From Owenia fusiformis (lineage: Eukaryota), in the NCBI GenBank assembly GCA_903813345.2, contig CAIIXF020000001.1, positions 7,688,001 through 7,752,000 on the forward strand: a stretch of 64,000 bases of DNA. The letters run 5' to 3'. How positions within the stretch are numbered: position 1 is the first letter of the stretch; each line of letters begins with the position of its first letter. A model generated the notes under the pieces. That model had not been told where the DNA came from and did no database searches. It saw only the letters and a list, made by a program, of their open reading frames with translations. A program made the translations under genes and the position numbers. Of this stretch, positions 1 to 13,900 are shown in pieces.

Positions 1-89
1 TCTGCAAGTGTAGTGGTATATTCTTCCATATGATATTGTTAATATATTAACATCAGGAGGTGAATGAAAATGATCAGACTATGATATTA

Positions 90-845
90 ATACTTAAGAC
101 TGACTGGCCATTGGCTCTGCCCCCTTCCATTTCTGCTACTACCCCCCTTGGCCCCCCCCCAGGGAATAACTATTACAATATTAAGTGTAATCAAAGAAGT
201 TTTAATGTAAAAAATTAGCTCTGCCCATTTCCAATTCTGTTACTCCCCCCCTCCTCCACCCCCAGGCAATAACTATTACAATTAGATATATATAACTTAC
301 CAGAAATGCTTGACATTAAGTATAAATCAAAGATGTTTTTAAGTAAATATACTTCCAAAGTCAAGTTAAACTCTGTATTTATAGAGAATGAACCATATAC
401 TATGATTAGGGCGACGCCCTCTTTTGATCACATGTTTTATTCTATGGTCTTTGACACTTACCAACCATGTAAATTCTAATATCTTCTATATTGAGATGAA
501 TATAATAAGACCAAGAAGATGTACCCTATGAAATCTAGAACCATGAAGATGAGATTTATACTTAAGACTGATAAGCTCTGCCCCCTCCCAATTCTGTTAC
601 TAGCCCCCCCCCCCCTCCCCCTCCCCCTGTATCCCCATGCAATAACTATAACACTTAGATGTTAAAATGCTTGATATTAAGTATAACCAAAGAAGTTCAA
701 TATAAATGTATCTCAAAAGTCAAGTAAAACTCTGTATTTATAGAGAATGGCAATCAACTACTATTATGAGGGCGACGCCCACTTTTGACCACTTATGTAA
801 TTGTATGGTCTTTGACACTTACCAGTCACATAAATTGCAATATTC
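90..845. repeat. Diverged direct duplication of a few hundred bp (about 90-480 vs 558-845)
   Basis: TACTTAAGACTGA near 91 and 559; AAGTCAAGT(T/A)AAACTCTGTATTTATAGAGAATG near 358 and 717; GGGCGACGCCC and TGGTCTTTGACACTTACCA in both copies; C-rich runs in both. Confidence 0.7.
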
Positions 846-2526
846 TTTCACTTTAAACAAATGTTTGGACAGCCCTGGTGATTTTTAGAGTGCTAAAATG
901 TTCTAATATCTGTTGATATAAAAAATAATCCATATTCTATATTATGTACAGGTACAGGTTTTACCAAAATTAAGGATTTTCTAAGCAAAAATTGTGGTTT
1001 CCATGGCAACCATTAGTGACAGACCGTTGAAACTTTATATACTACCTCAGAATGATCTCATCAAGTCTCAATAAAATTATAATGATGATTGAAGATCAAC
1101 TGAATGAATAATTCAATGATGATAATGTACCCCCTGTAATTTTCCTTTTTAGGGTCAAAAACCCAATTTTGACAAATTTCGCCCCGGATACAGCGCGTCA
1201 GACAAAAAGTTTCTGAAGTATCACATAAAAATACATAAGAAACAAGTAATTTCAATTTGTTCAGAAGCCGGTACATTTTTCAGTGCTAGCTCACATACTA
1301 ATAAAAGTTATCGTGAAAATGAGACAGTCGTTCTTGAGAGAAAAGAGCATAAATGCGCATTTAGAGAGTTTTGGTCCGTTTAAAAATCTGTAAAAAATTG
1401 GGGTACTTAAAAGCATCGGGAGGCATCATATATTTCAAATTAGACACGAGGAAGTCAATATTGAGCAACTTATGGCTATTTAAAATTCAAATAAAACCGT
1501 TAACCCGTACCAGTCCAGCTTTTGACCCGTACCGGTCAATTTTCGTTAGCTGCGTATACCAAGGGTGATGAGAGAAAGATAGAACAATTCAAGTTTGCGA
1601 TGATATAATACTTATTACAATAAAAAATTGTGAAAATGATGCATTTTGTGATTTAATGAATCTTCCCATGGAGGATTGGAAGCGATAGTTCCAACTTGAT
1701 ATTCTTTAATCTCCAAGTAGTGCGATGTTGCCTATCGTGCCTGTACGTTTCTACGGCTACATAAAGAATGAACGATATTCTCCAACAAAGCTGGCATCAT
1801 TGGTTGAGAGTTTAAGCTAGCGATATTTTTCACAATGCAACAGTGAATGCAAAGCCAATGAATTAATACAGTAACGTATATAGCACGCATACAAAACAAG
1901 CGCTACTTAGTCTACTTCAGATACCTGATCAGTTTCAGATCTGTGTTTAGAACGGGAGATTTGCAATTTCACGTTGGTGGCAACGGGAATCAACAATATC
2001 GATGTTGAACTCTGGCTGCCATTCCTCCTTGGAATCTTCTCAATAAATAATTACAGGGACTTTTTTACAGCATGGAGTCACCTATTGTCAGTATACAATT
2101 GCTTTTAAGAGTTAACAACATAAAACCACAATTGACTTTGTGTTTATAAGTTATTGTGAGAGTAAATTTTTTAACAATGGCATCTAATGGAAAACTAGAT
2201 ATAGCATTGCGAGCGCCAATTTATTTAGCCTTAAACAATTTGGACTCTGTTGGAAAAAATTCCTGGGGAGATCACTGAACTGATTAGTTTTTGAGCATTT
2301 TGAGTAAATGTTCTAGCTATCTTTTATTCAGGGTTACGATATTGTTCAACCGTGTCATGTTTCACATTTTCATGCTATTCCCCATATTTGCCTGGAGGAT
2401 ATTTACAGGTTTTTTGAGCATTTTAAATATCATAGATTCATTTCCCTGTCATCTTTTCCTGAAATATTTATTAGCAGCTATATAATCCAGGTTTGCTATA
2501 ATACAGTCATGTTTTGTTTTCAAATC

Positions 2527-3280
2527 TTATGTCAAATTAGGGTTCCTTTGAACAGGGTCACATTCTTTCTGCTTTAAAGTTTTAGCCATGTTAAATTCTT
2601 TGATTTTTAAAGCCATATTGTGGTAGCCAAACTTGTTAATCTTTTCCCATTGAGTTTTATTAAAATGATTGTATATCATTGAATCAGCTAAGTTCCATTT
2701 GATTAAGTTCTCATATTCATTAGGATTTAAAGTTGGCATGGATTTTTTAACATTTCTAACATTAGCACTTTTGAGAATGACTATGTCCTCGAATGTTAAA
2801 TCTGAGCATTTGGTCAACAAAATCAGACTTTCCTCTATATACTCAACTACTATAACTAAATCAAACTCCTTTTCAATCTTGTTGATTTTTTCTTGTGTCA
2901 CTGTGATGTTATATTGCAACGCTCGTCTGATTCCAAAACATTCTGCAAATTGGTTACTTGGAGGCATGTGATGTTTAAAGGCAGAATCAGATCTATAGGG
3001 GGTGACAAAATTACAAGCAATGTTCATAATTGACCTACCAATCTATTCCTTACAATATCAAATACAATATCTCCCAAAAGATTAACAATATGTTATAAAT
3101 TGGTGAAGTTATTAATTATTCAAAGTGCAAAAATGGGTGAAAAATGTTTAAATTCTCCCAAATAATAAGAATGGTAACCATTCTTATAGAAAAATAATAC
3201 ATTATTGTAAAAATCTTTCGTTTTCCTTGAATAAAGTATGCACTTTTGTGATTTTTAGAAAATAGACATTTGGTTTAATA
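2527..3280 (-). pseudogene. Galactose-3-O-sulfotransferase (Gal3ST)-like decayed copy
   Basis: ORF 2527-3027 has Gal3ST-like motifs FDLVIVVEYIEESLILL, EDIV..NVR and WNLADSMIYNHFNKT.WEKI..FG. Upstream (about 3240-3270) the minus strand reads VYFLKI then KSA in a shifted frame, i.e. the PAPS-binding FLKxHKxAS motif broken by a 1-nt frameshift. Confidence 0.65.
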
Positions 3281-3870
3281 TTACTGCAAATCAAACTTTG
3301 TATCATATTTATTTGAGTATGTGAGTAACATGTTTCAATGATTAATTTTTCCTTTTTTCTTCTAAATTAATCAAAGTGGGGCTTTAAGCTATTTGCACCT
3401 CTGAAAAACAATGGGATGGACAGTATAATCAGTTTTCCATGTTCCTTGTATACAAGTTAATTTCCAAAATTTGCCCTAAAACACTGTTCCTTTCTCATAG
3501 AAGACAGTTGTTCCTTACAGAGAGAGTTTGTTAACATGTAAGCTAAGTCAATAGAAAAATATTTGTTTCTTTTGAAAATTTCCTTGTAGACAGGCGTTCT
3601 TTACAAAAGATGTTCTACCCGACAGGTTATACTGCAGTTGTTCATGATCAGAACTTAGTTTGTATGGCAAAATATTTAGAATCCAAATTTTACTTCGTTT
3701 AGCTGATATCAATGGTTTAAAGATACCACATGAATTTTGTCAAGTCATTCACCAAATTCAAAATGGCCACTTTTTGACATTGGCATTTTACTTTAACCTT
3801 CTGTTTCATGGATTCATACATATATTATTAGTGATTTGATCATTGGTTGTATTTGCTACTCCACGCCAAC

Positions 3871-4850
3871 TTTTGGCTCACACAGTGAGCCTATGGGATC
3901 GACCAGGCGTCCGTCCGTCCGTTGGTCCGTCTGCCCGTTGGTCCGTTCGTCCGTTGGTCCGTCCGTCCGTTGGTCCGTCCGTCCGTCAACATTGGCCGCA
4001 CAAATTAAAACTGCTATTCGGATTGAGTCATATCTACATTCATTTTATGCATATCCATAATGCCTATTTGACCTATCATCGCCATTTCCCAAGTTCGCCC
4101 GGTTTCCGAGAAATTGCGGATTTTGACGTCAAAAAGTCAAATTTTCTGTAAATACTAGACACTTTGTTGAAGTAGAACTTTCAAATAACTTTTAGTAGTT
4201 GCTGTATATGTAACTTATGTCCTCTGAAGATTTCAAAGCTCTGGGAATTACAGTTTTTGGTGTTTACTCTATAAAATTTGACAAAAAGTAGGACAAAATC
4301 ATTTTCAGGAAACTTTCTCATGTATAAAGTCAATGGCGGGTTTTGTGATTGACAAGTTTCTCAAAGTTTGCCTTATACTTGATCATTTCTTGCAATGAGT
4401 TACATCATTGCTAGATTTAAGCATTCCCTACATATTGCTTAATATATGTCAGCGTCGTCAAAAAACAGTAAAAATAAGTTATTTTTCAACTTTCTTCAAT
4501 TTGACCAAATTTTTTTTGAAAATCATCTACAAGTTGCCAGGAGTTCAAATCTGACATTATTTACTTGACCTTCAGTAACCTTCGAAAGGTCAAAAAAGTT
4601 GATTTTTCAAATTGATTTTTGGATGTAAATTTTGGTCAGCTTAATCACAAAAGACCTTTCTGAGCTCTGAATAAGTAAAATTGTCAAGGTCAAAGGTCAT
4701 CAAACTAGGTCACACAACTTTGCTATTTAAGTTTCTCAAAGTTCAAGACTACAAATCCAAATCAATATTTTTGTTTGAAAGTCAGGATATACGTTACTCT
4801 GGAGGTTCCAAACTGTGTGAGCACAGGACCGTGGGTCCTTCATTCTAGTT
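3871..4850 (+). mobile_element. Non-autonomous Helentron/DINE-1-like element (HINE) with (GTCC)n microsatellite
   Basis: Subterminal inverted repeat GCTCACACAGT (3876-3886) / ACTGTGTGAGC (4812-4822); 5' palindrome GCTCACACAGTGAGC; GTCC-rich tract about 3908-3986; 3' hairpin AGGACC-GTG-GGTCCT (4825-4839); T-rich flanks. Confidence 0.7.
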
Positions 4851-4956
4851 TTAGATGAATTTGAAACACTCTAGCACAAGATAAATTGATGACTACACTA
4901 ATACATTTCTGTGCCAGTAGTCTGTATAATTCATTTTTGATGTCACTTGTTTTCAG

Positions 4957-7900
4957 GGCAGAAGAGTTGCTGCGCTCTGTGATAGGTCAGAAGAGAGAAA
5001 ATAAAGATGATGATGGTCCCGATAGTAAAAGGGTTAAAGAGATGGAAGAAGTCAAGTATGTCTTTGGATAGAGTAGCAGTTTTTATATAGTTATCATTGC
5101 ATAAACTTATTAATGGGAACTTTAAAAGAACTATATAATTATCATTGCATAAACTTATTAATGGGAACTTTAAAAGAACTATATAATTATTATTGCATTA
5201 TACTTATCAATGGGAACTTTAAAAGAACTATTTAATTATCATTGCATTATACTTATTAATGGGAACTTTAAAAGAACTATAAAATTATTATTGCATTATA
5301 CTTATTAATGGGAACTTTAAAAGAACTATATAATTATTATTGCATTATACTTATTAATGGGAACTTTAAAAGAACTATAAAATTATTATTGCATTATACT
5401 TATTAATGGGAACTTTAAAAGAACTATATAATTATTATTGCATTATACTTATTAATGGGAACTTTAAAAGAACTATATAATTATTATTGCATTATACTTA
5501 TTAATGGGAACTTTAAAAGAACTATATAATTATTATTGCATTATACTTATTAATGGGAACTTTAAAAGAACTATAAAATTATTATTGCATTATACTTATT
5601 AATGGGAACTTTAAAAGAACTAATATTGACAAAGTGGTCCAAGTGATATATTCAAAATAATACATCAGTAAATAACTGAAGAATTATTTCGAAATTATTG
5701 TATGTGTTTTATGAATACAATAATAATTCAATATACAAAACATGCCATTATTGTGTGAATGTGCCACAAATACTTTCAGTCTCCAAGAATCACTCCCAAG
5801 AATACAGGTCCATACAATAGAAACACAGGAATCATGTACACATGAGGTAAACTAGCTATTTTGCTTAATAATGCAGCATATGATAATGGATTTAAGCCAA
5901 ATCATGTATGTCTTGTACTGAATGAGATCGGCAGCCTGAATGATATTTGTTTATCAAAATTGATCTATTGTCAGAGAATCAAAAAGATAATCAGTCTTTA
6001 AGCATTCCATTTTGTTGTCAATCAGTAATTGTTGTTGTTTTATGTTACCTTGGAGAAAATAAACATTAAATTCTGAAGAATCTGTAGAAATATTCTTTGG
6101 GCTATTTTAATAGTAGATAGTTAGTACAGATCTAAACCAGTACATTTTTATCATTAATGATTCCAGGTGGCAATCCCACCTGATGCGGAATTCATGCCTC
6201 TGAAACCACCAACTGGTAAACCACCCAAAGAATACCCATTTATACTGGATCCATTCCAAAAGGAAGCCGTGTTGTGCCTTGAGAATAAGGAATCTGTCTT
6301 GGTATCTGCCCATACATCAGCTGGAAAAACTGTCTGTGCAGAGTAAGCCAATTTAGCTATAGTAGAATCATAATCATTGGGCAGTACAATGAACAGATGA
6401 ATAATTAATTTGCTTTATCATTTCCGCTGTAAAAAGTGTGCCAAGGTAAGGAATTTGCTTTTTTATTGTACCTAAAAAAGGTATGATATTGTCGTCAGTA
6501 AAAATCGAGCCAAATTTGTACAGATTCAATTTTATTTCCTTTCCTATTAACGAAGATTAACGCTTAATAATAACATTTTACTTCATCGATTTCGATCTAT
6601 TTGTCATCAAAAATTATATAACACTTTAAGAACTCTTATCATGGATAGAGGGAGCACTTTTTATGGTGAATACGGTAATTGTACTGTCTCAAAATTAATG
6701 TGTTCAATGTTCATGTATTCACAGACATTACCTTTCCAAGTATTCACTAATTATCATATTACATATTACATATATTAATGCCTTTATAAAAATGTAAGTG
6801 TGCTCAATATTAAATTACCTGCAAAAAATACCTAAATGAATACTTTCATGATTATATATCATTTCCAGGTATGCCATAGCATTGTCATTACGTGATAAAC
6901 AAAGAGTAATCTACACAACGCCAATAAAAGCACTGAGTAACCAGAAATATCGGGAAATGTATGAGGAATTTCAGGATGTAGGTCTGATGACTGGTGATGT
7001 TACAATCAATCCATCTGCTAGTTGTCTTATTATGACAACAGAGGTGAGGAATTATATATAACAGTTTAATTTGGCTCTGTAATGATTAAAAAAAATGGCC
7101 ATTAAATCAAGAGATTATAACAAAAACAGAACAAATGGTTCTTGTTGCTGACATATTGTTAAAGCCTTAATTCCTGTGATAGCCTTGACAGTAACAAGCT
7201 CCTGTTTCAAATCGCTACATGCGGCATCTGTAATAAATGGCAGGTGGTGACATTTTGCAAGTTAATGCCTTGATTAAAGAGTATTTCAAGTGTTCATCGA
7301 TCCTGTGTAACCACACAGAATTGCTATTTTACACTAAACGTTAAAAAATCAGATCCCTGTTTAGTTATGAATTATTTTATTAAAGGGATAGTAAATATTT
7401 TCCAAGGCTTAATGCAGCAGAAATTAATTGTATAATAATTGGGTGACTTATGTACGTTATTACATGTTTTAGATCCTCAGGAGTATGCTGTATCGGGGCT
7501 CAGAGGTGATGAGAGAAGTTGCATGGGTTGTCTTTGATGAGATACATTATATGAGAGATAAAGGTAATCTTAATCTTCACCTGTCTTTGTCCTTCACCTT
7601 AGTGAGATGTACATTATATGAGAGATAAAGGTAATCTTAATCTACACCTGTCTTTGTCCTTCACCCTAGTGAGATGTACATTATATGAGAGATAAAGGTA
7701 ATCTTAATCTACACCTGTCTTTGTCCTTCACCCTAGTGAGATGTACATTATATGAGAGATAAAGGTAATCTTAATCTTCACCTGTCTTTGCCCTTCGCCC
7801 TAGTGAGATGTACATTATATGAGAGATAAAGGTAATCTTAATCTTCACCTGTCTTTGTCCTTCGCCCTAGTGAGATGTACATTATATGAGAGATAAAGGT

Positions 7901-10900
7901 AATCTTAATCTACACCTGTCTTTGTCCTTCACCCTAGTGAGATGTACATTATATGAGAGATAAAGGTAATCTTAATCTACACCTGTCTTTGTCCTTCACC
8001 CTAGTGAGATGTACATTATATGAGAGATAAAGGTAATCTTAATCTTCACCTGTCTTTGCCCTTCGCCCTAGTGAGATGTACATTATATGAGAGATAAAGG
8101 TAATCTTAATCTTCACCTGTCTTTGCCCTTCACCCTAGTGAGATGTACATTATATGAGAGATAAAGGTAATCTTAATCTACACCTGTCTTTGTCCTTCAC
8201 CCTAGTGAGATGTACATTATATGAGAGATAAAGGTAATCTTAATCTTCACCTGTCTTTGCCCTTCGCCCTAGTGAGATGTACATTATATGAGAGATAAAG
8301 GTAATCTTAATCTTCACCTGTCTTTGCCCTTCGCCCTAGTGAGATGTACATTATATGAGAGATAAAGGTAATCTTAATCTACACCTGTCTTTGTCCTTCA
8401 CCCTAGTGAGATGTACATTATATGAGAGATAAAGGTAATCTTAATCTTCACCTGTCTTTGCCCTTCGCCCTAGTGAGATGTACATTATATGAGAGATAAA
8501 GGTAATCTTAATCTTCACCTGTCTTTGTCCTTCACCCTAGTGAGATGTACATTATATGAGAGATAAAGGTAATCTTAATCCACTACACCTGTCTTTGTCC
8601 TTCACCCTAGTGAGATGTACATTATATGAGAGATAAAGGTAATCTTAATCTTCACCTGTCTTTGCCCTTCGCCCTAGTGAGATGTACATTATATGAGAGA
8701 TAAAGGTAATCTTAATCTACACCTGTCTTTGTCCTTCACCCTAGTGAGATGTACATTATATGAGAGATAAAGGTAATCTTAATCTTCACCTGTCTTTGCC
8801 CTTCGCCCTAGTGAGATGTACATTATATGAGAGATAAAGGTAATCTTAATCTACACCTGTCTTTGTCCTTCACCCTAGTGAGATGTACATTATATGAGAG
8901 ATAAAGGCAATCTTAATCTTCACCTGTCTTTGTCCTTCACCCCAGTGAGATGTACATTATATGAGAGATAAAGGTGATCTTAATCTACTACACCTGTCTT
9001 TGTCTTTCACCCTAGTGAGATGTACATTATATGAGAGATAAAGGTGATCTTAATCTACTACACCTGTCTTTGTCCTTCACCCTGGTGAGATTGTAGAAAG
9101 TATTGTAATAATCAGTCATAAACTTATAATTATTTCCTTTATTTTTTTTCATTTTTTTTCATGACAGTTGTATTTTCACTTTTATTAATAAAATTGTTAA
9201 ATAGCTGCATTGATCTTATTAAATTCTTCCATTTTTGGTTGGTATTTGCTTAATCCTTTATGATACACTATATTTTTATGTCACCAGCAGAAGTGGTGAC
9301 ATATTGTAGTCTTCGAACATTTTTGTGGCTGGTGTTCAGCAAGTGGCGTTCAGCATTCAGCAGTTGGTGTTTGGCATCTGTAACAGTGTTCGGCATTGGG
9401 TGTTTGTGTTGCAATGAGCAGGTGTTGATATTTTGTATGTTAATACCTTGTTTATGATTATAATACTCGTCATTCTGTTTTATTGTGAACCTGTAGAAAG
9501 AGGAGTTGTGTGGGAGGAGACGATTATTCTACTACCAGATAATGTGCATTATGTATTCTTATCTGCCACTATTCCAAATGCCAGGCAGTTTGCTGAATGG
9601 ATATGCTACCTACATAAACAGGTTAGTGATGGCGGCTGTTTGCAGTGCAGTTTTATAGGTCCATCCCATAATTTCTTCAACATATGAGAGATATCAAAAA
9701 TAGCAAGCATCGCCACTCACCAGGCTGTTACTGTTATATTTAGTCTCAGAAATGAATTGAAGTTGAATTGGTATTATTACAAATGAAATATACAGATGAT
9801 GCTTTAGTATATTAAGAATTTAAAAACATTCAATAGTCCCTTTTGTTAATAGAACATTTTACAAGTCCAAAATAACCATCTCCATCCAGATCTGTAAGAA
9901 CTTAAGGGTTAAAACCCGAGGGTTAAGAAAACCACCAATCAGATATTGTTAGATAACATGACATACTCATTGGGATGGTTAACTGAACAATTATGGTATT
10001 TTATATTTCCAGCCCTGCCATGTTGTATATACAGAATACAGACCAGTACCATTGCAGCATTATATATTTCCATCTGGGGGTGATGGTTTACATTTAGTGG
10101 TGGATGAAAATGTAAGTAGGATTTGATATTATCCAATCAGACTGACCATATACAAGTTGAAATCATTCGCTGATCTTCAGGAATGCTTTTCTGCTGTATT
10201 TTCTGCATCATCCTGGCTTAAATAACCCTACATTTGATTGTATTTAAATTTTTGTGTCACCACCATTTTGTATGTTAATGCCTTGTTGTTAGATGTCATG
10301 TTATAGTCATATTTGAGTAAAAAGGGTTATCAAAAATTTAAGAGAGAAACTTGGAATAGAAACATTACTTATTAACTTTTATTATGTCCCCACCACATAG
10401 TGTGGGGCCATATTGTCGGCCTAGGCGCGTTCGTCTGTCTGTCCGTCCATCCGTCCGTCCGTCCGTACCTCCGGGAGTTTTCTCCAAAACTGCTCCAGAT
10501 ATCACCTTCAAATTTTCAGGGATAACTTATGAGTGCATACAGATGTGGATGAAAAAAATTTAATTCGATACCTACTTCCTGTCGGCCATTTTGAAGTCAA
10601 ATGCTAAAATCCTTGCCTGCAAACTTTAAGAAAAACGGCTTCACAGTTGCTTTTAAAACTTTAACATCTTGTTCAGCTCACTTCATTCTAGATCTGATTA
10701 GGTTTTGGACCTGTTAGCTCAGTCATGTCAGCCATTTTGAATGTCTTAAGAAAAGTTAGCGCACAATAATACTTTGTATCATATTGAATGGTGTTTTTGA
10801 GTTTTCATACTTTAACTATTTAGTAACTTTATAAATAATTTCGGATGTACTTTGTTGTAAAAGCTTATGTTATTGTTAACAGTCGTTATATGTGATAATT

Positions 10901-13900
10901 TTGTAAAAAGAAATCAGCAAAAACTCATAATCACTTTTTTATTGTCGGCCATTTTGGATTTTTCCGTCCTAAAATCTTGTCTGTGAAGTCTTGTCTACAT
11001 GTTTCCAGGTGTACCGTTCGGTGGATCAATTTCAAATTTTCAGGGATGATTCATAGTATAAAATCTAGATGTGACTAGTTTTTTGGCATTCTGGGTAAAT
11101 GTCAAGGCAGCCATTTTGGATTTTCCGTCCTAAAATCTTGTCTGTAAAGTCTTGTCTACTTGTTTTCAGGTGAACCGTTTGGTAGATCAATTTCAAATTT
11201 TCAGGGATGATTCATAGTATAAAAATCTAGATGTGATTAGTTTTTTGGCATTCTGGGTAAATGTCAAGGCAGCCATTTTGGATTTTCCGTCCTAAAGTCT
11301 TGTCTGTAAAGTCTTGTCTACGCATTTCCAGGTGAACTGTTCTGTAGATCAATTTCAAATTTTCAGGGATGATTTTTAGTATGAAAATCTAGATCTGATT
11401 AGTTTTCTGGCATTCTGGATAAATGTCAAGGCAGCCATTTTGGATTTTCCGTCTTAAAATCTTGCCTGTAAAGTCTTGTCTATGCGTTTTTAGGTGAACC
11501 ATTTGGTAGATCAATTTCAAATTTTCAGGGATGATTCTTAGTGTGAAAATCTACATCTGATTAGTTTTTTGGCATTCTGTGTAAATGTCAAGGCAGCCAT
11601 TTTGGATTTTCTGTCCTAAAATCTTGTCTGTAAAGTCTTGTCTATGCGTTTTCAGGTGAACCATTTGGTAGATCAATGTCATATTTTCAGGGATGATTCT
11701 TAGTATGAAAATCTAGAAACAGATTAGTTTTTTGACATTCTGGGTAAATGTCAAGGCAGCCATTTTGGATTTTCCATCCTAAAATCTTGTCTGTAAAGTC
11801 TTGTTTACATGTTTTCTGGTTAACTGTGTGACTGTGTTGATCAATTAAAAATTTTCAGGGGTGGTTCTTAGTTTGAAAATCTAGAACTAACTAAATTTTT
11901 GACATTCTGGGTAAATTTTAAGGTGGCCATTTTGGATTTTCCGTCCTCAAATTGTGTTGGTTAAGTCTTGTCTACTCATTTTCAGGATAACCATTTGATG
12001 GGATCACCCATAGGTGGGGACATTTTGTACATATTTGTGTTCTTGTTTACTGTTTATATTTTTAAGACCTCCTGATTTAACATTATAATATGCTGTCATT
12101 GACAGAAATCACAGTGAAAGCTACGATAGCTACATACATTTACAACATGAATCTGTCTCGTAAACCTAAACATAGTGTACACTATATTCTAGGGTGAGTT
12201 TCGAGAAGAGAACTTTAATACTGCAATGGCTGTCCTGAAAGATAGCAATGCTGGCAAGGCTGGACAGTGGGGGAAGAAAGGGGGGCAGAAGGGTGGGAAA
12301 GGTAAGAAAAACCACCCATTACATACAATCCAACCTATTCCATGACATATGCTTACTCCCCTTATTTGGAGTAATTGGCAAGTCTAAAAAACACCCCTTT
12401 ATAAAAAAGTGGACTGGCCCAAGTGGCCAATATCGATCCCCAACTCATTATGTATTCATATTTAATTCTTGCCACGTAGGAGTAATTGGAAAATTTTTCA
12501 AGTCAATATATATCGTACGATCTATTTACTCAACAAATTTCTGTTACTTATAAGTCAGAATTTGTTTTTTGAATAGAGAGTATCATAGTCATAACATTAG
12601 TCTAGTATGGCAGAACAGGGCTCTATTCAGGGTGAAATTACTTCTGAATTGAACTTGAACGGTCCCTCGACCTCGTCAACTTTGACCGGGAATGAAGTGA
12701 TAAACGACGTCTCTTTGGCTACCACATCCGTCACAGATTATGTCCAATCCTTAGTGGAAGAGGCGGTGACTAGGAAAATGGCTACCCTTGGAAACAGGCC
12801 ACCAACGAGACCTCCTTCTGACCGTAGAAGCCCGTCTTCAAGCTATTTACACAACTTGGAATACTCGCTTCCGAGAGAGCAGTCCCCCCGGAGCAGTAAG
12901 AAGGCCGTAGAGACGGGAAAACGAGGTAACGATTCGCACCGAAATGACACCAAATTTCGTGACTACAACTATTCCGCCACACACCACGTGGACGTAAGTA
13001 GGTCAACTTTTCGAAATCGTTCAAGATCTCCCGTTTCTCAGCTTAGAAGCCCTTCTAGATTGTCTCACCACTCCTACTCTCACACTAATAGACCCTCTGA
13101 TAGTTCGCCGAGTAGGATTTCCGGGACTTCACGTCAGGGAACTCAGAATTCACGATCCATTATCAACAATTTTAGTTCCAAAATTTCACAATCTCAAAAT
13201 TCAGATTCTAAACCTCGTATTTTGGATTCTGATGACAACGAGCCGTCTAAATCTAAGTCCTCTGAAGAAGAAGCGGTCTTGTTAGTTCGTTCCTTATGGG
13301 ATTCAACCATATCAGCCTTAGAAATTGACCAAGTCAACAGCTCCACTAATTCTAAAGAATCTTTGACTAGGGTAGCTCTCCAGAAAGTTGATGAATCTTC
13401 AGTCACTAAAGCTTCATTACCTTGTCCCCCAGTGTTCCATCAGTTGGTGCAGAATATCAATAATCAGATCTCATCTGCCACTTCCGGTTTCAACACAAAG
13501 GGAAAACTCTTCAGAATCAAATCTTCAAATTATAGATTAGCCAAGGGAGATGATTCAGTCGTACGGCCCCTCAAACTCAATAATTCACTTGGAAACTTAG
13601 TCCCAAATGATAAAACCTTCAGTGATTTCTTCAAGAATGCTGATACTAAAACTCAACTCTCCAATAAAAACTGGAAGGGTCTCGAAGAGAACTTGAGGGC
13701 TGTCCTTCAACCTTTGGTGTACTCAGAGTGGTATATAGGTTCTGTTTCAAAGTTAGTTACCCAACTCACAGCACACTTATCCAACAACACGGATCCACTA
13801 GTTACCCAGTTGTTAGATTCCATGGGCGATTTACTCCTTAGGGGTTCGACAGCCTCTGTTACTGCTACTGAAGGTATTCTCAAGACTCTCACCAACTCAG

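Noticed and set aside
7538-9090. CRISPR-like regular array
   Set aside because: Units are contiguous near-identical repeats with no unique spacers, in a eukaryotic intron with no cas genes.
12248-12553. 101-aa ORF and its mirror at 17798-17989 as duplicated genes
   Set aside because: The shared peptide is just the translation of the DIRS inverted terminal repeats.
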